From the NCBI GenBank assembly GCA_043228905.1, contig JBHGNT010000002.1:23684001-23748000 (forward strand): a DNA stretch of 64,000 nt. The letters are read 5' to 3'. The position numbers and the translations under genes were made by a program. The stretch is from Azolla caroliniana (taxonomy: Eukaryota; Plantae; Polypodiophyta). Within the stretch, counting starts at the first letter, position 1; each line of letters starts with the position of its first letter. The notes beneath the pieces were generated by a model that was not told where the DNA came from, searched no databases, and worked only from the letters and a program-made list of their open reading frames with translations. Shown piece by piece: positions 27,450-40,869 of this stretch.

Positions 27450-30400
27450 TGTTGGGAATTTGGTCCCTTCGGATGGGATCCAGATGAGAACCGGAGGAGT
27501 TGGATTAGACAAGCCGGAGGAAGGAATTGAACCGGATGGATATGGTTGGTATCCGACCAAAGATTAGTATACGTATATATATTCCGATCTCACTGTTCGA
27601 GGTCATATTTATAAATAACCCAAAGTTATATAAGTATAAATATAACTAGGGGAATACTGTTATAGCATTGGTATTATTATTGTGTGTGTGTCGTATAGAG
27701 AGAGAGAGAGATCCTAGATGGATGTAGCTCAGTTGGTAAGGTTGCCCAATGGAGACTAGGTGGTCATGGGTTCAACCCCTACATTCCATGAGTCAAGAGA
27801 TATATATGAAGTATATAATAGAGAGAAGTGAGAAAATTGGGTTTCAAACCCAAGACGCAGTGCTTGTAGTGTTAACAACTTACCAGGTAATTATGAGAGA
27901 GAGAGAAAACTTTTTTTGTTGTAACCGCATGTTGGTGAAGATACAGAACTCGAGGTCGGTGCCTCTGAGTCTCATTCTATTTGGTTTTCCCGATTAGGGT
28001 TTTCCATGTTAACATATGGTGTCATCTCTTCTATCTTGTGAAGTGCATTGCTATTTTCGGTTTATTTCTTCCATCGTGTGTTTGAGACTTGGTTGTGGCC
28101 GAACAATATTACTATCAATCTGGTATCAGAGCGAACAACATAAAAAAAAAAAAAAAATAAAAATAAAAATGGAAGAGTCATTTGGTCGCATGTTCAAGCT
28201 CACCGGCTCCAACCACCTAGTGTGGAAGTTGAAGATGAGGGACATGTTAGTGGTAAAAGATCTGTGGTTGTCGGTACAGTTTGGGGACAAAAGACCAGAT
28301 AAGATCGATGCCGCGACCTAGGAGGTAATGCACATGAAAACGACGTCATACATTCAATGCTTCGTTGACATGAGCTTGTACAATAACTTGAATGAAGAGA
28401 ACAAGGACAATGAGCTCTAGGAGAAGATTGACACGATGTTGGAGAACAAGAACACCGTAAATCAGACTACCTCGCTCAAAGTACCATTAGCCGACGAGGT
28501 ACTTGCTTTGTTGTTACTCGGATCCCTTCCGAATAGTTGCGAGATGCTGGTTGTCACGTTGGGCAACGCTGGACCGTAAGGGAAGACTTATCCCCGGCAA
28601 GAGTTAAATTGAGCTTGCTGAATGAAGAAGCTCGCCAGAAGGACTGGGAGTTTTGAACTGATCCAAATGCCTTGGTTACAGAAGACGACAATAATCGGGG
28701 AAGAGGCCGGAATCGAAGTCCCCAGAACTGGGAGAAGTCAGGGACGAGGTCGAAGTCAAGGGGGAGGCCCACATGCTTCTACTGTGGGAAACCGGGGCAC
28801 TTCTAGAAGAATTGCCAACACTTTTGGAAGGAGAAAGGAACTGGCAATGTCGACTCGAAGAAGGGTCCGCACCGGAGGAGTTCGGATCGGAAAGGAACAA
28901 CGACAATCACGAAAAGCGAAGAGGAATTGCTCATGATCACCGAGGAGAGCGAGCTACACCTTGTCAACAATGAGACGTGATGGGTTGTCGATTCCGGAGC
29001 GTCGTTCCATCTGACCCCCGACCGGAAGTGCTTCTAATGATGAAGGCTACATAGGTAGCATCCAGAATGGAGTCATGAAGTTCAACAAAGGAAGCATGAT
29101 CGTGGCTCGAGCCCAAAAGATCGACACATTGTACCTGATGCATGCCCGGATATACCGGGAGGAAGTAAATGTGGTATCCGACATTGCCGGTGAGCTATGA
29201 CACAAGAGGTTGTGTCACACGAGCCAGAAAGGGATGTAGAGACTTGCCAAAGATAACCGCATTCTGGAGGTGAAAGACGTGCAACTTGAGAGGTGCATTG
29301 ACTCTTTGGTTGGCAAGCAAAACCGAATCTCTTTCCGGGCAAGAGGATCGATGAGATAGAATGCACTGTTGGAACTTGTGCATACCGATGTATGCCAAGT
29401 GGACACGAAGTCACATGTTGGGTCATTGTACTTCGTGACGTTCATAGATGACCACAACCAGAAGCTGTGGGTCTCACCGCTTAAGACAAAGGACCAAGTA
29501 TTATCCGTCTTCAAGGAATTCCACACGAGAGTGGAAAGGGAAACCGACTGGAAGCTGAAGGCGGTTCGAGCGGACAACGAAGGCGAATACCGGGGGTAGT
29601 TCGAGGAGTACTGCTGGTCGAAGGGTCTCCGGCTTGAATTCACTGGAGGTGAACGAATTGGCCGAGAGGATGAACCATACTGTGATGGAGAGAGTCCGGA
29701 GCATGCTGGCACATGCAAAGTTGCCCAAGAAGTTTTGGGCTGAGGAGCTGATGACAACAACATACGTGATAAACAGATCCCCATAGAGAGTATAGACCCG
29801 TAAAGACGTGTCTTACTGGCATCTGAAGGTGTTCTGTTGTCTTGCTCATGTGCATGTAGCAAAGGACAAGAGAGAGAAATTGGATCCGAAGTCCCGACCA
29901 TGCATATTCCTTGGATATGGTGATCATGAGTTCGGCTATCGACTGTGGGACTTGGTTGACAAGAAGGTCTTCTGGAGTCGAGACATAGTCTTCATGGAAG
30001 ACAAGACCATTTCCGATTGGGAGTCAGAGAAGAAGATAACGGACTCTAGATCGACCAACAGAGATCAGTTAAAGGAGATAAGGACCCACACGGCCGGAAG
30101 CCGTATGACACTCAATGAATTGGCCGGATTCGGATTCAGAACCGATCCGACCGAAGAAGAATTAGACACCGGAACCGAACAAGACCCAAAATTGGATTCT
30201 GATGAAGAACAGATGGAGGAATTAGTTGTCGAAAACCAAGGACGAAGATACCCCCTTAGGGAAAGAAAAGCTCCCCAGAGATTTTTGGATGAAGAGATAA
30301 TATTGTTGATGGACGAGGCGGAGCCAGAAAGTTTCGAAGAAGCAAAGAAAGACACCCACACCCACAAGTGGTTAAGTGCCATGCAGGATGAGATCGATTC

Positions 30401-32278
30401 CTTGCATGAGAACCACACATATGAACTGACAGAGTTGCCGAAAGGAAAGCGGGCGCTCCGGAATAAGTGGGTGTACAAGCTGAAATTGGGAGACGCCGAA
30501 AATCCACCGAGGTACAAAGCTTGCATTGTGGTGAAGGGTTTCCAACAAAAGAAAGGAGTGGATTTCGACAATATCTTTGCCCCGATAGTCAAGTTGACAT
30601 CCATCTGGACGATGCTGAGCATAGTGACAATCATGGACCTCGAGATCGAGTAGCTAGATGTTAAAATGATGTTCCTTCATGGAGACCTCGAGGAGGAGAT
30701 CTAAATGTAGCAACCAGAGGGATTCGTCAAGAAAGCGAAGGAGCACCTGGTGTGCTGGCTGAAGAAGAGCTTATACGGACTGAAGCAAGTTCCCCAGGAA
30801 TGGTACCGGAAGTTCGACTCCTTCATGACCAACCAAGGATACCACAAGATGCAGGCCAACCACTGCGTGTTCGTGAAGAAATTCGACGGAGGCGACTTCT
30901 TGATCCTCCTGATATATGTAGATGAGATGCTAATTGTCGGACTGGACCAAATCAAAATCGGGAATTTGAAGAAGGCCTTGAATTGGACCTTCTCAATCAA
31001 AGATTTGGGTCCAACGAGACAGATATTGGGGATACATAGTCCGGGGCCGAATGAAGAAGCTATTGTGGCTGTCACAGGAGAAGTAAGTGACGAAGGTGCA
31101 CCAACGATTCAGGATGATGAATGCAAAGTTAGTTGGGTTCGACACTTTCGGCTAATTGCAAGCTATCCGGGAAACAAAGTCCGAAGACAAAGACGGAGAA
31201 GTCAAAGATGATGAAGGTACCATATGCGTCTGCCTTAGAAGCTTGATGTACGCAATGGTGTGTACCCAACCGGGAAACAAAGTCCGAAGAAAAAGATGGA
31301 GAAGTCAGAGATGATGAAGGTACCGCATGCCTCTGCCATCAGAAGCTTGATGTATGCAATGGTGTGTACTCGACCGAATATCAGATGTGCGGTGAGAGTG
31401 GTCAGTCGGTTCATGAGCAATTCGGGAAGAGAACACTGGGCTACTATCAAGTGGATACTCCGGTACCTAATTGGCACCTCGAGCATGTGCCTTCGATTAA
31501 GCTCCGGTAAACCCCTATTGGAAGGGTTCACCGATTCGGGCATGTCGACTGATGCAAATACCAACCGGTCTACATCCGGATGCGTTGTGACTTATGCACG
31601 GGGAGCCGTATTGTGGTAGTTGAGGTTGCAAAAGTCCGTTGCATTGTCAACATAGGAAGCATAATACATGGCGGCAGTAGAAGCTGACAAAGAGGTAATT
31701 TTGATGAAGGACTTCATCGGAGAGCTAGGGATCCAGTAGGAGGAATTCCGGCTCTATTGTGACAATCAAAGTGCCATCTAGCTTGCGAAGAACGTGGCCT
31801 GCCACTCCTGGACTAAGCACATCCATAGGAGATATCATTGGCTCTGGGAGAAGGTAGAAGACAAACACTTTGTCTTAAGAAAGATCCACACAGAGGAGAA
31901 TGGATCAGACACGTTGACCAAAGTGCTGTCAGCCGACAAGCTGGATGCGTGTTGGAGATGGATCAGACTGACGAGACATCCCATGCCGGAGTGAAGGGGG
32001 AGTTTGTTGGGAATTCGGTCCCTCCGGATGGGATCCGAATGAGAACTGAAGGAGCCGTATCGAACAAGCCGAAGGAAGGAACTGGACCGGATGGATCCGG
32101 AAGAGATCCGGAAACCGGATCAGATAGATCTGGTTGGTATCCGGCTAGAGATTATTACATGTATATATATTCCAATGTGACTGTTCGAGGTCATATCTGT
32201 AAATAACCCAAAGTTATATAAGTATAAATATAACTAGGGCAATATTGTTATAACGTTGGTATTATTATTGTGTGTGTG

Positions 32279-32344
<66 letters not shown>

Positions 32345-32573
32345 GTTGTAACCGCATGTTGGCGAAGATACAGAGCTCGAGGTCATTGCCTTTGAGTCTC
32401 ATTTTGTTGTACCCCTTCTCTCATAGTGATAGTTGGAGTTTGTGGGCTCCTGTGGTTTTCCACGTTAACATCTGGTGTCATCTCTTCTATCTTGTGAAGT
32501 GCATTGCTATTTTCGGTTTATTTCTTCCATCTTGTGCTTGAGACTCGGTTGTGGCCGCGCACTATTACTATCA
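27450..32573 (+). mobile_element. Full-length, inactivated Ty1/copia LTR retrotransposon (Tto1/Tnt1, Tork-like)
   Basis: 5' LTR 27450-28117 and 3' LTR 32005-32573 (TG...CA). 5-bp TSD gggag (27445-27449 / 32574-32578). tRNA-iMet PBS tggtatcagagc at 28121-28132; PPT gagtgaagggggag at ~31989-32002. Domain order gag (CFYCGKPGHF)-PR (WVVDSGASFH)-IN (ELVHTDVC)-RT (YVDEM)-RH, with many stops, frameshifts and deletions. Confidence 0.96.
27711..27893. mobile_element. ~185-bp insertion in the (GA)n tract of the copia 5' LTR, with two convergent tRNA-like cassettes (SINE/MITE-like)
   Basis: Absent from the 3' LTR, where only (GA)n is present. The plus strand reads ggatgtagctcagttggtaag...gggttcaacccc; the minus strand reads tggtaag...gggtttgaaaccc. 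Confidence 0.7.
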
Positions 32574-33582
32574 GGGAGATGATTCATTCTTGTAATTCAA
32601 AGCTAAAACCATTGAATTGTGGAATGTGTTTGCCTTGCCTCGGATGGTGTTGCAAAATATTAGATCCAAGAATGTCTGACATCACTTAGGTTACTCTGTT
32701 GGTGTTTATACCTCACTTTATCATAGTTTGAATTGGATATAAGATATAAATGTAGATGAATTTATGTATCAAAAGTCTTAATCTTGGACGTTTCATACTC
32801 GGCTCAAAGTGGTACAAGCAATAATGATATCAAAGATTTCTTATTTTTTGCTAGTGTTACCATGGACAAAGAAATCACCTAGTCATTTGGCCCATTCACG
32901 AAAAAATATATTGTGGACGAAAGAGTCCAAACTTGACATGAATTAGGTTTCATGGAGCCATATTTGTACCTGAAAGTGTTTAAGGGGAGCGGCCTTACTA
33001 AATTGGAAGATCATATGGTTGTTTGAAGATTTAACCTCTTGGGCAAAGATAATTTGTCATTTTGTGCAGAAGGTGAGCATATACCACGAAAAACAAGAAT
33101 GACAACTTAATGGTGGCATGATGTTAATAATACTAAGTACTTGGGCATTTAAATGTTTAGAATCTACTATGCTTAAAAAATTAGAGCTTTCTTGGGAACA
33201 CTGTTTGAAATTGTTCTATTGGCAACATCCTAAGTGTAGAAAAGATAGTAATTCTTTGGGTGTAGAGGTGATGGTGACCTCAAGACTATTACAATAGGGC
33301 GGAAAAGAAAGTCTCAAGTTAGTGTTCAATCAAATAACAAGGCTTGGCTTGGCTACATTGGAATATATTATTTTAGAGTCATGTAGCCAAATGATGATCT
33401 TTCAGACAATGTGAAGTAGGTTCTATATGTCACATGGATATGCTTATATATGACAATCAATATTGGCATGACGTATTATGGATTACCTAATTCCAGAGTT
33501 TGTGGTCAAGGAAGCATGGAAAGATTTGTCATTTGATAGTGAAAATTTGATATTTGTGGTGCAAACTAATGATGTATACCGT

Positions 33583-34300
33583 TGTTGTGATGTGCGATGC
33601 GCACATAAGGAAATAAGTTAAACTAGCAAGATGTAGAAGGTTGAAGGAAAGGGAAAGGGTAAAATATAAGAAGGATATGTGATGAAATGAAGATGATCAT
33701 AAAAAAGGGCTTAGCTAAATCAATAAGAGTTTGTATTGTAAATGGGACTTTAAGGGTTTGTCTCTCCTTTGGGCTGAAGGAGATTAAGTGGACAAATACA
33801 AAAGGGATAGGACAACTCATTGTAAAAGAGCTTTTGGGGGTGAGAAGGAGGAGCTCTATTTCGACATCTTGGAGGCTATTCTTTGCATTAAGGTATAATT
33901 TATAGATTTTTCCACTTGTTCTTCTCTACCTCCTCTTTTACTTTGGATGGTTTCATACTTCTCCCCAAGCACGGGGTATATCTCTCATTGTCACCTTTGA
34001 GAAGAACTTTTGTAGGCGAGGAGTAGCTCTTTGTTTCGACATCGTGGAGGATCTTCTTTGTGCTAAGGTATAATTTTGGATTTTTCCACTTCTTCTTCTC
34101 TACCTCCTCTTCTACTTTGGAGGGTTTTAGACTTCTTCTCCACCACGAGGTACATCTCGCATTAAAAACTTTGAGAAGGGGACCACCTAGGTTGCACACT
34201 GGTCGTTGAAAGGACCACAACGTGCCCTGATAACACTACATCGACTTCGAGGTACCGATACCATCCGTAGTAGTTGTTGTCTCAACGGTTCACTCGATTT
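33583..34300 (+). mobile_element. Partial LTR of the same lineage, oriented opposite to the 34303 LTR; internal ~175-bp duplication
   Basis: Begins tgttgtgatgtg...aggaaagggaaa, like the reverse complement of the 34970 end, and is preceded by ccgt. The string aaggtataattt..gatttttccactt occurs at ~33890 and ~34066. Confidence 0.5.
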
Positions 34301-34302
34301 GT

Positions 34303-36290
34303 TGTTGTGATAATGCGGTGCGTCTGCTACTAGAGTGGGACCACATGGGTCTTGGACTAGGGAGGTCACAAGGGCTTAAAGGGCGCGGATGATGGAACCT
34401 GGACTTGAAGGATCCTCGGACTCGAAGGCAACGCATACTCAAACAGAGTACACAGTCAAAGGGAGCGTAGAGTCGAGGGCAGCCCATAGTCGAATGGAGC
34501 GTAGAGTCTAAGGCTCAAAGTTGAGGGGAGCCTAGAGTCGAAGGCTCAAAGTCGAGAAGAGCCCAAAGTTGAAGACTCTTAAGACTCCAAGGCTCTTCTC
34601 TCGCAAAGGGAGTGGCGACTTGTATGATGTTTAACACGTGATTAGGATCGAAACATGCGGTTAAAGAAATGCACGCAAAAACGGGTCACCTGAAATAAGT
34701 CATCTTCTCCTCTTTTTATAGAGAAAAATGGTGCCTAATTTCGAGATTAAATGCGCTTATTCGAAAAAGAAAAAGGAATAAATAATCCTTAATCTGTGCC
34801 ATGTTGTTAAAGATTTAAACTCTACACCTACTTCGAGCCTCGTAAATAACTCAAACCACTAGGCTATTCACCGTAACTATAATTATTTTTTATATTTATA
34901 ATATTTGTGTTATTGCGTGTAGAACTTCCCATTTTTCCCTTTCTACCTTTGACCATGCCACATCACAACATCCACCCCCACCAAACTGCACATCCTTCGG
35001 CATATGCCATGAAAACGTGGTGATTGTCAAGAACAAAGGTAGTTAGTCAAATTTGTTCCTCCATTTTGAGGATGTCTTCTCTCTCCACCTGAACCACCTT
35101 CGCCATGTTATCCAGCATACGATTCATCTACACTTTGTACCACCACGACCAATTGTTGTGGCTTCGTCCACTTTTCCCGAGCATAACCCTTTGTGCACCA
35201 CACATGTGCCAACCTCATTCCGACCTTGCGTCTTCCGTCAATCCGCTCTTGCCTTTGTTAGGCCCCATCTGAAAATTGACATCGACTACTCCTTGTAGCC
35301 CCTTCTTCAAGTACATGCTCACATTTAGGCCCTTAGATGAACACATTGCATATTTCTCGTTTCACCCTTTTTCATGGTATCCTCTCCCATTACAGTTGAC
35401 CACAGTTTCCTTCATCTTCGTGCTAGGGTCCTCCGTTGAGTTGGATGTCTCACATCCTGAGGAACACCCTTCAAATTCATCCGACCCACTTGACCCACTT
35501 TGCTTTGCCTCTTCATCATTTACATCTACTTTGACCTTTGTCTCCTCGCCGCCACCTTACTTCTCTTGGGTCTTACATCAGTTCCTGGTCATAATTGCCC
35601 TAGTCTCAAGAACTAGTGGGGAAGATGTCTCGATGTGTTTGTCGTCTTCTTTTGCCGTGTTGTCCATAACCACCTCTGTCTTGGTGTCATTGTCCGTGGC
35701 TATGACTTCAAATGCATAGGCCTCACATTGTGCTCTTTGACCATGCAAGATTCGATTATGCTTGCCTCTTCGTCGCATCAGGTTTCAAACACAACACATT
35801 GTGAAACACTCATCCACTCTCAGGGTGGTGTTTTTCGCTCTCATGTTATCGACCTTATCCTTAGATATCGTTTCGTCGCAAGACAAGAAGATGGCATGTT
35901 CCACACCTTCTCTATGGTACCGTCGTTGTACCGTACCTTGGCTTTTGTATCGATCGCATCATTTGTCTGCATTTGTCGAGAGGTGACTTTCTCCTCTTCC
36001 ACTTTAGTTTCAACTTGTACCTTTAAGCTCTCATAAGCCTCCCTTATGAAGGCTTTCATGTTGAGTACTGTAGTACTTTTTCGTATCGAGCTCTCTTCAT
36101 TAGGTGGTTGTGGGTAAACTTGTCTTGTCGTCCTCTGACCATCAATAGTGAGTTCTGTTATCGTTTTCCTTCCATCATGTCGTTGGCATACTCTTCCCAC
36201 TTTCGTCCAATCTTTGGCGAGCCCATTTGCACCATCGTCATCCTCGAGTTGGACTCTGATGGCTTGTGTTACCATGGCATTAAATAACAT
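34303..36290 (-). mobile_element. 5'-truncated, decayed relative of the 52748-57840 element: gag remnant, PPT and 3' LTR
   Basis: LTR 34303-34970 has a 9-bp TIR tgttgtgat/atcacaaca and the motif gtgggaccacatgggtcttggactaggga. PPT ggtgggggtgga at 34971-34982 (minus). The gag fragment LEDDDGANGLAKDWTKVGRVCQ matches LEDDDGANGLTEDWSKVRRVCQ at ~56500. Confidence 0.8.
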
Positions 36291-39200
36291 TAGTTTTACT
36301 TCCCATCATGAGTATAACTCCGGTTGCATTTATCTAAGATATTAGGGGATATGTTATTATTGGAGTTTGAGAAATGGGTTTTGTTTGATTAACTTCATGG
36401 GTTACCACAATAAATGTGTAGGCTAAAAGTAAAGTTGATTAGGTAATTTTCATAGCTATCTTGAATGGGCATCTTGTACTTTGAAGAGTTAGATTTGTGT
36501 CATTAATGCAACGCCTTAGAGGGTTTACCTTGCCATATCACTACAAGTGAAGTAATTGAGATAGTGAAGGTTTTAATACAAACATATGATTTATGGAAAA
36601 AAGAAAGAGAATGGGTTCAAAGTGAAAAATTGGAACTTTCTATTTCCATTACATTCAAATGTTTTTGTGGCCTTTCATATTATGGGGATACATATAAGAC
36701 CCTTCCCAACGTTTTACATGTTTTCTACCTCCCAATGCAAATAGCACCAAGAAATTAGAATGAAAGAACCCTGTGTCCACAAGAGTGTGAAATGGCAAGT
36801 GAAGTATAAAGGTTGCAATGATAACTTTTCTCATGGTTCAACTTCATTTTCCATCATCACTACTAGAAACTTCTCTTTCTCAATTATTGAGCATTTAATC
36901 TTAAGCCTAATAATGTATCATCTTTAACTTAATGAATCTAAAGCAATTATTCCTTCCTTTTTAAGAGTTCTTTACCTTAACATTTAATTTGTTAAGTCTT
37001 GTTGTTTAGTGATGAATAACTTAATTAATTAACGTTGTCCATATATTGAGAGAAAGTTTGCCATAGACTAAGCAAAGTCACTTGAAACTCGAATGGCTTG
37101 AAAATGACCTTATGTAGGGAAAACAACTTTGGCCAAGTAAAGACAGGTGCTTGAAGATTGGCGCTCGAAATGAACTATGGTGGAATTTGGGAGTGAAAAA
37201 TATGCATTCATGTTTGATGGTTTCCATGGGGCACCATGATAGGTACATCTATTGTAAGAAAATTTGATCAAGAAGTTCTCTCTCTATTGAGCTCTATGAG
37301 CACATTGCATTTAGAGGAGTTACCTTTACTTGAACAAGTTTTACATCACCTTAAGAGGGTTTGCTTTGGTAGAAGGTCCTCACTATAGTACAAGGGACAA
37401 CAATGATTTTTTGCATTGTCATGTTGTTTTAATTATACATTACTTTTACAAAAGAATGGAAAAATGTGTGTTTGTGTTTGACAAGAGAGAAAAGGAGATA
37501 CCATGGAAAATACTATTAAGAGATATGGGTTTGATACTATTCAAAGATATAGGTTCGACTGAGAGCATTTGGGGAAATCATAGAACTTTATCATACTAGA
37601 GCATATGATGGAAACCGCTGAAGTGTTTTCATGTTTGTTATTTTAGACATAATCAAAACCTAAATGATTGTTAGTATCCATATTAATCGTCAAGAGTCAA
37701 GACCATCATCTTTTAATTACAACTTGTATTTCATTTACCATATTCATATGGAGTGGTTCCCACTATTTTCAGAAGGTTACTTCGTTTTTCATTTAATTGA
37801 TTAATTAATTACTTTAAATTATTGCTAGAAAATTCATTCATAGGTGCCATCTTCTTTTATACTGGACTAGGTCTATCTTCTTTTATAACGGATTAAGTAG
37901 TAAGTACCATGTTCTTTTATTTTATTTACTCTATTTGCGAGTTCATTTCAACAAATTTTGAAAGAAAGAGAGAAGATAAAAAAACAAAATAGGCAATCAA
38001 CCCTACTAAAGACAATATATAGTGTTTCTTGGACATCTACGCGCCTTTGTGATTGCGGTCACAGTCTAGTTGACATTGGATACCTTGATCATTTCGAAGT
38101 TCAAGCATACTATTGCTCTATGAAGTTGCCCCATGAGCACTGCCTACTAGGGCACCATGACCAAATGTTTTGCCATGTTGTGGTAGGTGGGACCATTTCA
38201 TAGCTACAGACAAGGTAATTGTCCCTTAGGATTCCAAATGTCATGAGCAACAAGTATGAATAGTGGCCTTCCTGAGAGCAAACAATTTATTACTGAAGTT
38301 TTATTTGAAATAAGAGAGAGAGAGAGAGAGTGAGAGTGAGAGTGAGAGAGTTCAACTACTAATTCATTAATATTAATGGTATGTTCCTCTTAAAAAAAAC
38401 AACTAAGATTTAAAACCATAATGATCACAAGGGTCGTATCTAACTACTCGCTTTTCATGGTGCACTTTTCCCTCTCCTTTGTTGATATATTTCCGTATCC
38501 GAACCTTTTCAGTCCCCCTTGGCACCCCTTTGAACTCAGTTGCATCATTTTCACTCCTATTCTATCTGAATACCCACCTTCTTACCTCTAGCCACACATT
38601 CTTGATTCATCTAATCCTCTCTTTCTATTTTTCTATTGTGTGCACTGAAATCATCTCATCATTCTTTCTCCTAACCCCCTTGAATCTCCTTACAATCACC
38701 CAAGCCACATATTCTTTATTATCTCAAGTTCATTTTCCAAGTTTCGTCTAGTTGAGGAAACGGAGAGCGTTAATCCTTTTGTACAATCAGTTGTGATCAA
38801 GTGGAAGATAACAAAGGATAAGGTGCATTAGGCATTACATTCTTGAAGTGATCCTCCAATAACTCAATTGCACATACAAACACAATTATATATATACATA
38901 CAATCGAAGATTACATTAAGAAGTGTACCGCCAATGTATACATTCAACTCAAATGCTAAAGATAGAGTGGTCCCAAATAGGGTATGGGGGGAGAAGGGTG
39001 ATGATGAACTTTGAAAGTACTAGTATTTAGTAGAGTTGCATGGGGCCACAAAAAGGAGAGTGACATCGATCATGACTTCAAAAGGAGAAAAGCAATTATG
39101 ATGTGATAACTTTGATATGTTGAACGACATTAATAAAAAGAAAAACAGCCCTACTCCCCTTCAATTCACACAATCTAATTCGTCATCTCCATTGCATATA

Positions 39201-40869
39201 TATAAGCACAAGTAATCCTGCCACATATAATATCCTAGCTATCTTAGAGAGAGAGAGAGAAAGATGTGTGTACACAATACTCCTATACCGTGAGGTAAGC
39301 TTGCGTTTTGCCTTTCATATAATTATCTAGCTTGAGAGAGGGAGGAAGAGTTTAAATTGAGAGAACACGAGATAATGAAGTTGCTCACAATTAAATGTAG
39401 TAGAAAATTTGATATTTGCTCATTCATTACTTCATAGATATATAGATAGATCTATTAATGAACTCAAAGATTCGACTAGGTTTTAGTTTGGATGGAAGAG
39501 TCTCTCGAGTCCCAACATGTCAAGTCTTTGAATACCCCAAGGATGCACATCCCAAGTATAGTTAGAGATAATGAGCAGGTTACTTAACACGATTATATGA
39601 GCTCCGATTATTTTATATTCAACATTGATCCATTTCATAATTATCTTGTAGCTAGAAATAGCGCTACCAATGTTGGCCCAGGATAACATGAAGGAGAGGA
39701 GGAGGAGGAGCAACAATGTTGATCATAGAGTATGTGTGAGAGGGGGAGTTGGGTGATTGTATTCAATGTGAGATAAATTGGTGGTAAGAGATGGAAGAAA
39801 GAAACTGGTATGGCATTGGATCGATTCAACTTGCTCAAAGCTTCTACATGATAATGGGCCATAATAAAATCTTAAACTATGTTAAATCTTGTATACAAGA
39901 TGCATTCCTTATTCCACATTGAACCAAGAGCTTATTGAAAACAAGTGAAATGAAGATCAAGATCATGTTGAGCCGAGCCAATGTCACACCACTCTCCATG
40001 TAAGTCAGTGCTATTTTGTTTATATTGATTTATCGTGCAAAATTTGGCAATGTTTTGCCCACAATTGTAATATAAGTTTTACTTGGTTGAATATTCCTAA
40101 AATGAATATATTCTTAGGTCATAAACAAAGAAAAATTCTCAAATTATTAAGAATATTTTCGTCGATTATGAGCACATTGCATAGTTTGTAAATTTTGTAA
40201 AAATATTTCTAAAAACTATTGAACCTAATTGCTTTTAATGATGCATAGCCTCGCCCACTTGTTTTCTTAAGAGACCAGAGTAGTATGAGAGACTATCCTA
40301 GCAAAACTTGTACACATACATATTGTATGTTGCTTTCTAGGTCATGTAAGATTTTATGCAATAATCTTGTTTCCATTGTTTGGTCATGTAAGAGAAATTC
40401 TCTCCATAGAAATAAACTTCAAATGTTCCTGAAAATATTAGCATCTTGTTAGACATTTTGGTGCATTTTTCTTGTCTTTTCACAAACAACGCATAAAAAT
40501 TTACAACTCTAAGGCTATCATGGTTCAGCTTTTCCATTATGACTCATGAGAGAACTGTTATAATATAGAAATAATGTTAAGATCTTTATTGATGCCATCA
40601 TAACCTTTTAAAGAAGTAGTTACTTAAGGTTTATTTTTGGTATAATTATGTTGTTTCACTTGATAAATAGATAAAGTTTCCAATCATATGATTGTCATAA
40701 TTTATGAATCACATTATTTATTGTTAATAAAATACTTTTCATAGAAATAGACTTCAAAAGCTCATCTAATGCTAGCATCCTCAAAAGTTAGTGATCTCAT
40801 GACCTTTGGAAGAAGAATGTGAGATTTGTTTCCTTTATGTACAATTCATCTTTTCACAATAAAACACGA

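Larger units (their letters stand above)
26700..33580 (+). mobile_element. Decayed L1-like LINE remnant, split by the copia insertion
   Basis: AWHMINGD*N (~27170-27200) resembles the L1 endonuclease W..GDFN motif. After the copia TSD, Trp-rich ORF2-like fragments continue. Very degenerate. Confidence 0.4.

Noticed and set aside
27718-27790. Possible tRNA gene
   Set aside because: A and B boxes are present but there is no convincing anticodon stem or cloverleaf, and it lies in an insertion within an LTR. Treated as tRNA-derived.
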